DNA of 64,000 nucleotides from Eubacteriales bacterium (GCA_045655865.1 JAZOQB010000010.1:8203-72202); one strand, 5' to 3'; shown: positions 43,814 through 53,859, numbered from the stretch's first letter. A program made the numbers and translations. Notes: a model not told the origin generated them from the sequence alone.

Positions 43814-44268
43814 ACATCCTCTCCGAAAATTTGTTCCGCCAGAGAAAGGGCAAAGCCCACGGCGAGATTTTTGTAAAGACTGAAGCTTCGATCAAAGGGA
43901 AAGGGTTTTTCAAAGGGGTACACACTTTTTCCCAATAGGTTTAACTCCTGCTGGAGACAGAGCAGAGCCCGGTCTTCCCGGATGCTGGACAGGGTCACGG
44001 GGTCTGCCTGATTCATACCCCCGGTCAGAAGCTGGCCGGCCAACGGCGGTGCGATCACGTGGGCGTAGCTGGGAACCAGGATCAGGGAACCGGAAGCAAA
44101 GCCCCGGGGAGAATACCAGGACAGATCCGATAGGATCAGATCGTACGTTTCGCCCACAACGGCTTTTTCAACGGTCATCTTTTCTTTAAACGGGCATTTT
44201 TTCGCCGCGTTTTGCAAAAAGGACTCCAAAATGGGAAGGTGCTCCATCAACGCAATTTTCACGCTCAT
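43810..44268 (-). CDS. Hypothetical protein, translationally coupled to the helicase
   Basis: About 150 aa (MSVKIALMEHLPILESF..). Its stop overlaps the helicase ATG (ATGA at 43810-43813). The start is ambiguous: ATG at 44268 or GTG at 44262, both after GGAGGG. Confidence 0.5.
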   Translation of the reverse strand: MSVKIALMEHLPILESFLQNAAKKCPFKEKMTVEKAVVGETYDLILSDLSWYSPRGFASGSLILVPSYAHVIAPPLAGQLLTGGMNQADPVTLSSIREDRALLCLQQELNLLGKSVYPFEKPFPFDRSFSLYKNLAVGFALSLAEQIFGEDV

Positions 44269-44336
44269 CCCTCCGCTTTTTTTCGTTAGTATGGGTAAAA
44301 AAAGGGAAAAGCATACAACAAATGCGTTTTTGCAGA

Positions 44337-44930
44337 TCAAAGGCCTTTTTCAAAAACCTCTACGGTTTTTTCGATCAGGCTCCATACTCGATCCACTCCG
44401 TCTCCGTTGAGAGAGGAGATGGGAAAGACCGGCGTGGGAAACAGGAATTCTTCCAATTCTGCCAGATTCTTCTTTTGATTGGTTTTGTTCAATTTGTCCA
44501 TTTTTGTGGCCACTACCACAAAGGGGATGCCTACTTCCTGTAAAAAGGCGATCATGGTCTCATCGTCGCGGCTGGGACCGGTTTTTAAATCAATGAGCTG
44601 GAGAACCAGGGCCAGATCTTCGTGACTTTGAAAATAGGCGTCTGTCAGAGCGGACCAGACCCGTTTTTCTTTTTCACTTCGCCGGGCAAAGCCGTAGCCG
44701 GGCAGGTCTACCAAATAGCAACGGGAATCCAGATCGTAAAAATTGACGGTGACGGTCTTTCCCGGAGAGGAGGACACTCTTGCCAGGCTCTTGCGCCCCA
44801 AAAGGCGGTTGAGCGCCGAGCTTTTTCCCACGTTGCTTCGGCCGGAGAAGGCGATCTGACACTTTCCGTCCCGGATGAGCTGGTCGCGCCGTCCGGCGGA
44901 GATTTTTAAAGATACGTTGTTTCGATTCAT
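44337..44930 (-). CDS. engB: Ribosome-biogenesis GTPase YsxC/EngB
   Basis: GRSNVGKSSALN (G1), DLPGYG (G3), TKMDK (G4). Immediately follows lon. Confidence 0.9.
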   Translation of the reverse strand: MNRNNVSLKISAGRRDQLIRDGKCQIAFSGRSNVGKSSALNRLLGRKSLARVSSSPGKTVTVNFYDLDSRCYLVDLPGYGFARRSEKEKRVWSALTDAYFQSHEDLALVLQLIDLKTGPSRDDETMIAFLQEVGIPFVVVATKMDKLNKTNQKKNLAELEEFLFPTPVFPISSLNGDGVDRVWSLIEKTVEVFEKGL

Positions 44931-47276
44931 TTAATCTACAAGGGCCGCCTTCAAAACGTCGTCGATCTTGCGGCAGGGGATGAAGGTGATCTTCTCTAAC
45001 GCTTTGGGGTCCACTTCCTCCAGATCTTTTTCGTTGTCTGCAGGGATCAGAACGGTCTTCATGCCGGCGCGGAGTGCCGCACCGACCTTTTCCCTCAGGC
45101 CTCCGATGGCGAGAACCTGACCTTGCAAGGTGATCTCGCCCGTCATGGCAACGTCCCCCCGTACTTTTCTGCCGGAGAGAAGAGAGACCAGACAGGTCAC
45201 AAGAGTAACCCCTGCGCTGGGGCCGTCCTTGGGAATGGCACCTTCCGGAAGGTGGATGTGCAGATCCCGGTTCTGATAAAAATCCGGTGTGGTGATCTTC
45301 CATTCCTCGGTGCGGGAACGGATCAGAGAGATGGCTGCCCGGGCGGATTCTTTCATGACATCTCCCAGAGAGCCTGTCAATTCCACCTTGCCCGTGCCGG
45401 GAAGGCTCAAGGCTTCCACTTTCAGCATTTCTCCGCCGCTCATGGTCCAGGCAAGACCGTTGACCACACCCAATTTGGGAGAGAGCTCTGCCTTTTCCGG
45501 AAGGATCTTTTCTTTGCCCAAAAAGTCGGTCAGATTCTTTTCCGTGACGCTGACCGCTTCGGCCCCGTCGATCACAAGTTTTGCTGCTTTGCGGCAGATC
45601 CGGGCCAGCTGGCGTTCCATTTTTCTAACGCCCTGTTCCCGGGTATAGGAACGGATGATCTTTCTCAGTGCGCCGTCGGTGATTCGAAGATTTGCTTTTT
45701 TCAGGCCGTGTTCCTTCTCCTGCTTGGGGAGAAGGTGATTTTTTGCGATGGCCACTTTCTCGCTTTCGGTGTAGCCGCAAATCTCGATCACCTCCATTCG
45801 GTCCAGAAGGGCCGGAGGAATGTCGGAGACATCGTTGGCAGTGGCCAGGAACATGCAGGCGGACAGGTCCACAGGCAATTCCACAAAGTGATCCCGGAAG
45901 GAGTGGTTCTGTTCGGAATCCAGAACCTCCAGAAGGGCGGAGGCTGGGTCGCCGTGGGCGTCCCGGGTGAGTTTGTCGATTTCATCCAAGGTGATCAGGG
46001 GGTTCATGGAACCGGCCTGAGAGAGGGCGGCGATGATTCGTCCGGGCATGGCGCCGATGTAAGTTTTCCGGTGACCTCTTATGTCCGCTTCGTCCCGAAC
46101 GCCACCCAGGGAGACCCGGACGTATTTTCTTCCCAGGGCTTGAGCGATGGAAGAGGCGATGCTGGTCTTGCCCACGCCGGGTGCGCCCACCAGACAAAGG
46201 ATCTGCCCCTGAACCTTCCCTCGCAGAAGACCTGCGGCTAAAAACTCCAGGATCCTCTCCTTTACTTTTTCCAGGCCGCTGTGATCCCGGTCAAGGATCT
46301 TTCGGGCAAGGGAGAGGGAAACGGTGTCTTCGGTGTAGCTTTGCCACGGGATCTCAAGGCAAGTTTCCACATAATTGCGCAGAAGGGCGGATTCCGAGGA
46401 GCCAAAAGGCATGTTGTGCAGTTTTTTTGCCTGTGCCGTCAGTTTTTCCCGCACGTCATCGGGAAGTCCGGCAGCCTGGATCCGTTGCAAAAGATCTGCC
46501 TCGTCTGAGTCGTAGCCCCCTTCCATGCCACCGGCAGAGGCGCCCAATTCACTTTGGATGACTCTCATCTGCTCTCTTAGATACGCCTCGCGCTGTTGCT
46601 CTTCCATGTGGCTCTGGACCTTGCGGGCCAGCTGATTTTCCAGTTTGGTGACCTCGATCTCCCTCTCCAGGATCTCCTTGAGGCGAAGAACTCGCCGGGT
46701 GGGATCGAAAAGACTTAAGATCTCCTGCTTGTCCTCCGGACGTCGGAGAATGTTGGCGGCAACAAAATCCGAGAGAAAACCGGGGTCCTTTATGCTCTGA
46801 AGGGCCGCAGTTACATCTCCCGAAAGCTTGGGCATAAACACCGAGAGGTCTTCCACGCTGTGGAGAACGCTTCTTCGGTAGGCGTCGGCGGTGATGTCAT
46901 CCAGCACCGAGATCTCCTTTTGAAAGACCTCGGCGGTAAGGGCACCGGATTCCAGACGGAAGACGTTTTGGGTCTCTCCGCGGGCGACACCCTCGGTGAT
47001 GATCCGATAGCTCTTATCCGGAAGTTTGATGGATTGCTTGATTCGGGAGATCACCCCTACCGGGTGCAGATCTCCCGGCTCCGGCGTTTCCACGCCGCTG
47101 TCCTTTTGGGTCACAAGATAAACCATGCCATCGGCTTTGAGAGCCATTTCGGTGGCTTTTACGGTTTGGGGACGGGCCACCTCAAAGCTTGTGTCGATTC
47201 CGGGGAAGACCACAAGACCTCTCAGGGCAATGACAGGAAGTGCGATGCGATGAAGTTTTTCGGTATAATACGGCAT
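44931..47276 (-). CDS. lon: ATP-dependent Lon protease
   Basis: Lon N-terminal domain, GAPGVGKTSIASSIA (Walker A) and the protease motif DGPSAGV. The ATG at 47276 (MPYYTEKL..) is preferred over the track start at 47372. Confidence 0.95.
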   Translation of the reverse strand: MPYYTEKLHRIALPVIALRGLVVFPGIDTSFEVARPQTVKATEMALKADGMVYLVTQKDSGVETPEPGDLHPVGVISRIKQSIKLPDKSYRIITEGVARGETQNVFRLESGALTAEVFQKEISVLDDITADAYRRSVLHSVEDLSVFMPKLSGDVTAALQSIKDPGFLSDFVAANILRRPEDKQEILSLFDPTRRVLRLKEILEREIEVTKLENQLARKVQSHMEEQQREAYLREQMRVIQSELGASAGGMEGGYDSDEADLLQRIQAAGLPDDVREKLTAQAKKLHNMPFGSSESALLRNYVETCLEIPWQSYTEDTVSLSLARKILDRDHSGLEKVKERILEFLAAGLLRGKVQGQILCLVGAPGVGKTSIASSIAQALGRKYVRVSLGGVRDEADIRGHRKTYIGAMPGRIIAALSQAGSMNPLITLDEIDKLTRDAHGDPASALLEVLDSEQNHSFRDHFVELPVDLSACMFLATANDVSDIPPALLDRMEVIEICGYTESEKVAIAKNHLLPKQEKEHGLKKANLRITDGALRKIIRSYTREQGVRKMERQLARICRKAAKLVIDGAEAVSVTEKNLTDFLGKEKILPEKAELSPKLGVVNGLAWTMSGGEMLKVEALSLPGTGKVELTGSLGDVMKESARAAISLIRSRTEEWKITTPDFYQNRDLHIHLPEGAIPKDGPSAGVTLVTCLVSLLSGRKVRGDVAMTGEITLQGQVLAIGGLREKVGAALRAGMKTVLIPADNEKDLEEVDPKALEKITFIPCRKIDDVLKAALVD

Positions 47277-47485
47277 TTGTTTTGGACGTTCCTTTCCGGG
47301 TTGGATTACGGTTTGAGTATAAAAATCCAGTATGAAGTCATTATACCATGCTCTTGAAAAAAAGAAAATCATTTTTATAAAATTTCAAAAAAATTTCCAA
47401 AATTCCTCACTTCATGATAAAATGACGTAAAATGGAAAAGAAGAACGGCGCTTGATTTTGCACGGTTTGAGAGGGAGGGCTGATT

Positions 47486-48571
47486 GTGGAAGAGATCAAA
47501 GAGGTGCGGTCAAAGGATGTGGGGAGACCGAAAACGGAAAGAATGGAAGAGCGTTTGGAGACGCTGCCCTTTCCCGTCGTGGCCCTTTCCGAAGAAGGGC
47601 GCCCGGTGTTTCGGAATCGTCTGGCCAAAAAGCTTCTTCCGCCGCCTTCCCGTCTGGGGCGTTTTCTGGAGTGGGCGTGGGAGGGAGCAAAAGAAAAGGT
47701 GATCCTGACTGCAACTTTGGAGGGCGTGTCTTATTTTGTGGGGTTGACTCGGTGGTCAGAGTACACCGTTCTCTCCTTTTTGGAGACGCTCCTTCCCTTG
47801 CATCCGGTATTTTCCCGCGCTCTTTTGGAGCGGGCTCGGGAATTGTTTCCCGAATTTGACAGGGCGGCAGCCCGCCTTTTGGAGAAAAGGACGGGTGGAA
47901 AGGAAGAGAAGGAGCACCTGGATCGGATCTCCGCCCGGATTCGGCGGCTGAGGGAGGAAGAAGGATCCTATCTTCGCCTGATGCGACTTTCCGAGCGAAG
48001 CTGGGACGAGCCTACCTCTTGCAGCCTTGACGGATTTTTGCGCGTTTTGACCGGGGCGATGCAAAAGGCTCGAGTTACGCTCTTTGTGTCCTGCCCTTCT
48101 TCGGCCGGCGTTTGGGTCTCGCCTGCTGTTTTGGGATTTGTTATGGTGAATCTGTTGCATTTTATCGTCCTGTTTGAAGGAGAGGACAGGATTGATGTTT
48201 CGGTGGAAGCGGGAGAAAAGGAGAGTGTGATCGAATTGTGTTTTCCCGACCGGGAAGGACTCTTTTCTCTGTACGGAACGCTCACCCGCACAGGGGGAGA
48301 GACAGTCTTTCCTCAGGCCTTGGCTTTTGCACCTCTTTTCTGTGCTATGACCGTGTGCCGTGAGTGCGGCCTTTCCCTTTATCTTTTCAGACGGGAGGAA
48401 AAAGGGATCCTTCGGTTGACCCTCCCGGGTTCCTTCCGGATGCCCGAGGCGTTTTTGGGTGCAAGAGATGCCCGGGACGATGCGGCAATGGCGCAGTGGG
48501 TTCGGGAGATCTTTCTGGATTTTGTTGACACCGACCCTGACATCAAGGGCATTTCTCCGGAAAAAAAGTGA
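47486..48571 (+). CDS. Hypothetical protein, possibly a degenerate histidine-kinase-like ATPase
   Basis: GTG start with a GAGGGAGGG Shine-Dalgarno. It has only weak N-box-like (MVNLLHFIV) and G-box-like remnants, and I saw no clear H-box. Confidence 0.4.
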   Translation: MEEIKEVRSKDVGRPKTERMEERLETLPFPVVALSEEGRPVFRNRLAKKLLPPPSRLGRFLEWAWEGAKEKVILTATLEGVSYFVGLTRWSEYTVLSFLETLLPLHPVFSRALLERARELFPEFDRAAARLLEKRTGGKEEKEHLDRISARIRRLREEEGSYLRLMRLSERSWDEPTSCSLDGFLRVLTGAMQKARVTLFVSCPSSAGVWVSPAVLGFVMVNLLHFIVLFEGEDRIDVSVEAGEKESVIELCFPDREGLFSLYGTLTRTGGETVFPQALAFAPLFCAMTVCRECGLSLYLFRREEKGILRLTLPGSFRMPEAFLGARDARDDAAMAQWVREIFLDFVDTDPDIKGISPEKK

Positions 48572-48687
48572 ACTTTTGCTCGTATTTTCCCCAATTACCC
48601 TTGCATATTTTGGGGAAACTGATATACTGGAGACAGAGAATATCGGCAAGTTAAAAATAGCGAAACAAAACGATTAGGAGACTTTTT

Positions 48688-49668
48688 ATGGATAGCAAAA
48701 AGATCAAACGCATCGGCGTTTTGACCTCCGGCGGCGACGCCCCCGGAATGAACGCGGCCCTGCGGGCAGTGGTCCGGTCCGGACTGTATTACGGATTTCA
48801 GGTTTTTGGTATCCAAAGGGGCTATGAGGGCCTTTTGGACGGCTCGATCACGGAGATGAACAACCACTCCGTTTCCAACATCATCAGTCGCGGCGGTACG
48901 GTTCTGCTCACCGCTCGCAGTAAGGAATTTTCTACGCCCGAAGGGGTGCAGAGGGGAAAGGCCATGGCGGATATCTTTCGCCTGGATGCTTTGGTGGTCA
49001 TTGGCGGCGACGGCTCGTTCCGGGGTGCTCGGGACCTGGCTCGTTTGGGCCTTCCGGTGATTGGGATCCCGGCTACCATTGATAACGACATTGCCTGCAG
49101 CGATTACACCATCGGTTACGACACCGCGATGAACACGGTCAAGGAGGCCATCGACCGGATCAAGGATACCGCCTACTCTCACGAGCGTTGCAGCGTTGTG
49201 GAGGTCATGGGGCGCAATGCCGGATATATTGCCATCAACTGCGGTATTGCGGGAGGCGCAGAGGCTTGTATTATTCCCGAGAAAAGTTTCGATGTGAACG
49301 AGGATATCATCAAGCCCATTCTTTCCTGTCGCAACGCGGGCAAGCATCACTACATCGTGATTAACGCCGAGGGCGTAGGTGGGACGATGCAGATCGCCGA
49401 GGAGATCAGGAGCAAAACCGGGATCTCTACCACCACCACCATTTTGGGTCACCAGCAACGGGGCGGAAGCCCCACGGTCCGGGATCGGGTGGCCGCATCT
49501 CTCATGGGTGCCAGGGCTACTCAGCTTCTCTCCCAGGGTGTTTTCGGCCGGATCGTTGCCATGAAGGGAGATTCGGTGGTGGATTATCCCATTGAAGAGG
49601 CCCTTTCCATGAAAAAAGAATTGGATGAGAGCCTGATCGGCACCAGCAAGATCCTCTCTCTGTACTGA
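48688..49668 (+). CDS. pfkA: ATP-dependent 6-phosphofructokinase
   Basis: IGVLTSGGDAPGMNAA, IGGDGS, PATIDND, MGR motifs. Confidence 0.95.
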   Translation: MDSKKIKRIGVLTSGGDAPGMNAALRAVVRSGLYYGFQVFGIQRGYEGLLDGSITEMNNHSVSNIISRGGTVLLTARSKEFSTPEGVQRGKAMADIFRLDALVVIGGDGSFRGARDLARLGLPVIGIPATIDNDIACSDYTIGYDTAMNTVKEAIDRIKDTAYSHERCSVVEVMGRNAGYIAINCGIAGGAEACIIPEKSFDVNEDIIKPILSCRNAGKHHYIVINAEGVGGTMQIAEEIRSKTGISTTTTILGHQQRGGSPTVRDRVAASLMGARATQLLSQGVFGRIVAMKGDSVVDYPIEEALSMKKELDESLIGTSKILSLY

Positions 49669-49695
49669 TCTTTCCTGTATTTGAAAGAAAAAAGT

Positions 49696-49740
49696 TTCCC
49701 CGGCATCGGGCCTGTTCCCGTTGCCGGGGAATTCTTGCAT
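49696..49740 (+). terminator. Probable pfkA terminator
   Basis: TTCCCCGGCA ... TGCCGGGGAA with a 16-nt loop and only a weak T-rich tail. Confidence 0.45.
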
Positions 49741-49772
49741 TTTCCCGCTTTTTTCAAACGCAGAAAAAGGAC

Positions 49773-49801
49773 TTGACTCTTTTTCATTTGTTGGCTATAA
49801 T
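49773..49801 (+). promoter_or_regulatory. Promoter of the kinase / cps-regulator unit
   Basis: TTGACT 49773-49778, 17 nt, TATAAT 49796-49801. Confidence 0.6.
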
Positions 49802-49885
49802 AGAAGGGACGCCATCTCGTTTCTTTTTTCGCCTTGCCGGCAAAGATGGCGAATTCTTATTGAATTGATAAAAGAAAGTTGAACT

Positions 49886-50998
49886 ATGGACTACGATAAG
49901 CAGAAAATTTCTGAGGTTTTGGACCGGTTTGGAATTTGTCACGACTCTTTTCAAGTAGAAACATTGCGCAGCGGCCATATCAATTCCACGCATAAGATTG
50001 ACACGGTCTATCAGGGCAAAAAGGGTTCCTATATTCTTCAAAGGGTGAACACCTACGTGTTTTCCAATCCCATAGGGATCATGAACAACATTGATAAGGT
50101 TACCGGACATATCCGGAACAAGCTGATCCAGGAAGGGGTGGACCCCAACGGAAGAGTCTTGAACTTTATCAAGAGAGAAGACGGCACCAATTATTACATG
50201 GAAGAAGACGGTAGCTTTTGGCGGATCTACGTTTACGTTTCCGACACCGTTACCTATAACAAGGCGGAAGATCTCGCAGTTTTGAGAAATGCCGGACGTT
50301 CCTTCGGTCTCTTCCAAAAGCAGCTCAGCGATTTCCCCATGGATCAGCTGATCGATACCTTGCCCAACTTCCACAACACCCCCGTAAGAATGGAAAATTT
50401 CTTCCGGGCGTGCGAGCGGGACGTGATGGGCAGAAGAAAAGAAGTGGAAAAAGAGCTTGCGCTTTTCCGGGAGAACGAGGAACTTTGGTCGTCTCTGGAA
50501 AAGGACCGTCAGGCGGGACGTTTGCCTTTGCGCGTGACCCACAACGACACCAAGTACAACAACATTTTGATCCATAAAGAAACCGGCGAGGCGGTGTGTG
50601 TCATCGATCTGGACACGGTCACTCCCGGCCTTTGCGCCTACGACTTCGGAGATGCCATCCGCTTCTCTGCCAATAAGACGCTGGAGGACGATCCGGATTT
50701 GAGCAAGGTGGGACTGGATCTGGGCCTTTACGAGGCGTTTGCTTCCGGCTTTATTCCCGTGGTGCGCGATTTCTGCGGAGAAAGAGAGCTGGAGAGCCTG
50801 GCTTTGGGCGCGGTTACCATGACCTTTGAGGTTGGCGTGCGCTTCCTGGAGGATTACGTCAACGGAGATAAGTACTTTAAGATCGGCCATCCTCTGCACA
50901 ATCTGGAACGGGGAAGAAACCAGCTGGCCCTGGCCCTGGATATGAAAAAACACCTGTCCGAGATGCAGGAGATCAACCGGGCGCTGGCTTCGAAATAA
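49886..50998 (+). CDS. APH-family phosphotransferase resembling N-acetylhexosamine 1-kinase (NahK-like)
   Basis: LRSGHINSTHKI, YILQRVNTYVF, VTHNDTKYNNIL, VIDLDTV. Confidence 0.65.
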   Translation: MDYDKQKISEVLDRFGICHDSFQVETLRSGHINSTHKIDTVYQGKKGSYILQRVNTYVFSNPIGIMNNIDKVTGHIRNKLIQEGVDPNGRVLNFIKREDGTNYYMEEDGSFWRIYVYVSDTVTYNKAEDLAVLRNAGRSFGLFQKQLSDFPMDQLIDTLPNFHNTPVRMENFFRACERDVMGRRKEVEKELALFRENEELWSSLEKDRQAGRLPLRVTHNDTKYNNILIHKETGEAVCVIDLDTVTPGLCAYDFGDAIRFSANKTLEDDPDLSKVGLDLGLYEAFASGFIPVVRDFCGERELESLALGAVTMTFEVGVRFLEDYVNGDKYFKIGHPLHNLERGRNQLALALDMKKHLSEMQEINRALASK

Positions 50999-51043
50999 CA
51001 TCCCTTTCAGGGAAAGTCAAATCAAGGAAAGGAAACCAAAAAC

Positions 51044-51739
51044 GTGGCAGTTACCTCAATTACGTTTCGCAATTTGATGGAGTGGCTCCGAAAGAGCCTG
51101 GCCTTTCTTTTGATCGTGACCGTTCTCTTTGGCGTCGGTTCTTTTATCGTTACCAAATATCTGATGGAACCGATCTACCGATCCAGCGTTAAATTTTACG
51201 CCGGCGGCGAGGAGAATAGCACTCAAGGGTTCAACTACGCTCTGTCGGTGGCGCCTCAATATATTGAATTTTTGAACGTTACCGAATTTTATGAGGACGT
51301 ATCCAAAGATATCCTGGAAAGCACCGGGCAAGAGGTTTCCCCTCGGAAGATCGCCGCGTCTCTCAGCTTTTCCTCGATTATTGAAGAGACTTCTTCCTTT
51401 TTCGTTACCGTTTCCGCCGAGGATCCCAACCTTTCTTACAACATTGCTCTTTCTGTGGCGAAAACGGCACCTGCGCGGATCGCCGGCTTTGAACACATCG
51501 GCTCGCTCCAGATTTTGAGCAATCCCTCACTGCCCACCGCTCCTGCCGGGCCGGACGTGACCAGAAACACTCTGATGGGTCTGCTTTTAGGCTTTGTTCT
51601 TTCCGCTGCCATCGTGATCGCAAGGGAACTTTTGGACAATCGAATTCAATCCTCCGAGGAGATTTCAGAGCTGTTTGGGCTTCCCATTTTCGGAACGGTT
51701 CCTGACTTTTCCACCGGCGACAAGAAGGGAGGAAGATAA
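51044..51739 (+). CDS. Wzz/CpsC-type polysaccharide chain-length determinant (tyrosine-kinase modulator)
   Basis: GTG start and two TM segments flanking a soluble loop. Adjacent to a CpsD-type kinase. Confidence 0.7.
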   Translation: MAVTSITFRNLMEWLRKSLAFLLIVTVLFGVGSFIVTKYLMEPIYRSSVKFYAGGEENSTQGFNYALSVAPQYIEFLNVTEFYEDVSKDILESTGQEVSPRKIAASLSFSSIIEETSSFFVTVSAEDPNLSYNIALSVAKTAPARIAGFEHIGSLQILSNPSLPTAPAGPDVTRNTLMGLLLGFVLSAAIVIARELLDNRIQSSEEISELFGLPIFGTVPDFSTGDKKGGR

Positions 51740-52555
51740 ATGGCTAGAACTTCGGGCACACCCGAATCCCTGAGAGAAGGGACCCTTTTTGCTGCCAAGG
51801 AAGCCTATCGCACCATTCGCACCAACTTGATGTTTTCCATGGCAAAGCCGGGGTGCAAGACCATTGTTTTCACCAGCTCCATTCAAGGAGAGGGAAAGAC
51901 GACCTCTGCGGCCAACGTGGCCTTTTCTATGGCAAGAGGACAGCAGAAAGTCCTTTTGATGGACCTGGATCTTCGCAGTCCCCGCATTGACCGTTTGGTA
52001 AAACTGCCCACTTCCCCGGGCTTGACCAATCTCCTTAGTGGATTTTCTTCCCTGGAGGAGATCCTTCACAAAAACGTTTTCCCGAATCTGGATGTCATCT
52101 GTGCCGGCACCGCTTCCCCCAATCCGGCGGAAATGGTTGCCAGCGAAGGTATGGCGCAACTGATTCGGAACATGCAAAAGAACTACGACTTTATCATTAT
52201 TGATACACCCCCTGTTCGCGTGGTGTCCGACGCGCTACCGCTGGCTCGACTGGCGGACGGCGTGGTGTTGGTGGTTCGTCCTAAGTACACCGCCAGAAAA
52301 GACGTAAAGGAGACCATTTCTCAGATCGAGCTTGTCGGCGGAAAGATTTTGGGCGTGATCGCAAATGGCGTCCAGGAAGAGAAGCGAAGCTACGGCCGGT
52401 ATCAACACTATGGCCACTACGTTTCCGAAACCCCTGCCCCCTCATCTTCTGCACGGGAAGCAGAGAAGCATGCACCCCGCTTTCAGGCAAAGGATGGCGC
52501 AGCTTCGGAAAGAAAAGAGCCGGACTTCCAAACGGAAGACCAGCAAGACCGCTGA
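51740..52555 (+). CDS. CpsD/CapB-family tyrosine-protein kinase
   Basis: Walker A SSIQGEGKTTSAANVA, DLDLR, IIIDTPP, and a C-terminal Tyr cluster YGRYQHYGHY. Confidence 0.8.
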   Translation: MARTSGTPESLREGTLFAAKEAYRTIRTNLMFSMAKPGCKTIVFTSSIQGEGKTTSAANVAFSMARGQQKVLLMDLDLRSPRIDRLVKLPTSPGLTNLLSGFSSLEEILHKNVFPNLDVICAGTASPNPAEMVASEGMAQLIRNMQKNYDFIIIDTPPVRVVSDALPLARLADGVVLVVRPKYTARKDVKETISQIELVGGKILGVIANGVQEEKRSYGRYQHYGHYVSETPAPSSSAREAEKHAPRFQAKDGAASERKEPDFQTEDQQDR

Positions 52556-52559
52556 TCCC

Positions 52560-53267
52560 ATGAAGGCCGATATTCATTCCCATATTCTTCCCGGGATTGA
52601 TGATGGCGCAGTGTCTGAGGCTATGACGGCCCATCTTCTTCAACGCCTTTCCCGGGCGGGAGTCACTCATCTGGCGCTCACCCCTCACCTTTACCCGGCT
52701 CAGATCTCCCGGGAGAGGTTTTGTGCCCAACGGGAGGCGGCGTTTCAAAGGCTTTTATCTTTGCCCCAGGCCAAAGGCTTTTGCTTTTCCTTGGCTGCGG
52801 AGGTGTATCTTACCGAAACGCTGTTTAATTGGCAGGATCTTTCGCCGCTTTGCTTTTCGGGAACCGATCTTATGCTTACCGAGCTGGAATATACCGATGA
52901 ATTGACCTTGTCCACTTTGCGGCGTTTGGAACGTTTGATCTGGGAATATGACGTTACCCCGGTGTTGGCTCACGTGGACCGATACCCCTTTTTGCGCTCT
53001 GCCAAAAAGGTGGCGCAACTTCGGGAAATGGGATGCTTGATCTCCTTGAATTTTTCTGCATTCGCGACCTGTGTTCAGCGCTGGAGAGCTTGTAACTTTT
53101 TTGCGCAAGGTCTGGTGGATTTTCTCGGAGAGGACGTTCATCGGTACGTACTGGGGGAAGATGAGAGAAAAAAGATCGTGGAAAAGGTGGAAAAGAAAGA
53201 AAAAGATTTGTTCCGGGTTCTGGATGAAAACGCCTTGTCTCTGATCTTTTCCAAAACAATTTTATAA
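52560..53267 (+). CDS. CpsB/YwqE-type PHP-family tyrosine-protein phosphatase
   Basis: MKADIHSHILPGIDDGA.. with TPH and AHVDRY motifs. The start at 52560 is preferred over the track start at 52365. Confidence 0.8.
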   Translation: MKADIHSHILPGIDDGAVSEAMTAHLLQRLSRAGVTHLALTPHLYPAQISRERFCAQREAAFQRLLSLPQAKGFCFSLAAEVYLTETLFNWQDLSPLCFSGTDLMLTELEYTDELTLSTLRRLERLIWEYDVTPVLAHVDRYPFLRSAKKVAQLREMGCLISLNFSAFATCVQRWRACNFFAQGLVDFLGEDVHRYVLGEDERKKIVEKVEKKEKDLFRVLDENALSLIFSKTIL

Positions 53268-53280
53268 ATCAGAGTCTTAT

Positions 53281-53310
53281 GCGGCGTGACGGATCACGCC
53301 GCGATTTTTT
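53281..53310 (+). terminator. Terminator after the phosphatase gene
   Basis: GCGGCGTGA cgga TCACGCCGC, then GA and T6. Confidence 0.8.
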
Positions 53311-53352
53311 ATCTTTGTCCCGGCTTAAAAAAAGAGAAACAAGGAGAAAACG

Positions 53353-53859
53353 ATGATCTACACCTATGGAAACAAAACCCCGCAGATCGGGGAGGAAGTC
53401 TTTTTGGCGGATAATGCCGCTGTGGTAGGCGATGTCAAACTGGAAAGAGGCGCCAGCGTCTGGTTTGGAGCGGTGATTCGGGGAGACGAGTCCGGCATTG
53501 AGGTGGGAGAGAACACCAATATACAGGATAACGCCACCCTTCACGGTGGGAAAAATTTTCCGGTGAAGCTTGGAAAGAACATTACCGTGGGGCACAACGC
53601 GGTGGTCCACGGCTGCACCGTGGGAGACAATTGCATCATTGGCATGGGTTCGGTGATCCTCAACGGCGCGGTGATCGGAGAAGGGTGTCTGATCGGCGCC
53701 GGGGCGCTTATCAAAGAGGGTATGGTGGTGCCGCCCCGGTCTCTTTGCGTGGGGGTTCCTGCCAAAGTGGTGCGCACTCTGGATGAGGCGGGCCTGAAAA
53801 AGATTCTGGACAACGCCGCACTTTACACCCATCTTGCCCGGGAGTATCAGGATAGGTGA
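53353..53859 (+). CDS. Gamma-carbonic-anhydrase-like / hexapeptide-repeat (LbH) protein
   Basis: ADNAAVVGDVKLERGASVWFGAVIRGD..GHNAVVHGCTVGDNCIIGMG. Confidence 0.8.
   Translation: MIYTYGNKTPQIGEEVFLADNAAVVGDVKLERGASVWFGAVIRGDESGIEVGENTNIQDNATLHGGKNFPVKLGKNITVGHNAVVHGCTVGDNCIIGMGSVILNGAVIGEGCLIGAGALIKEGMVVPPRSLCVGVPAKVVRTLDEAGLKKILDNAALYTHLAREYQDR

Noticed and set aside
49802-49885. Hairpin GCCATCT...AGATGGC in the 5-prime UTR of the NahK-like kinase gene, as a possible riboswitch.
   Set aside because: It is a single short helix with no recognisable conserved riboswitch core and no terminator or Shine-Dalgarno-sequestering alternative. There is insufficient evidence without comparative data.
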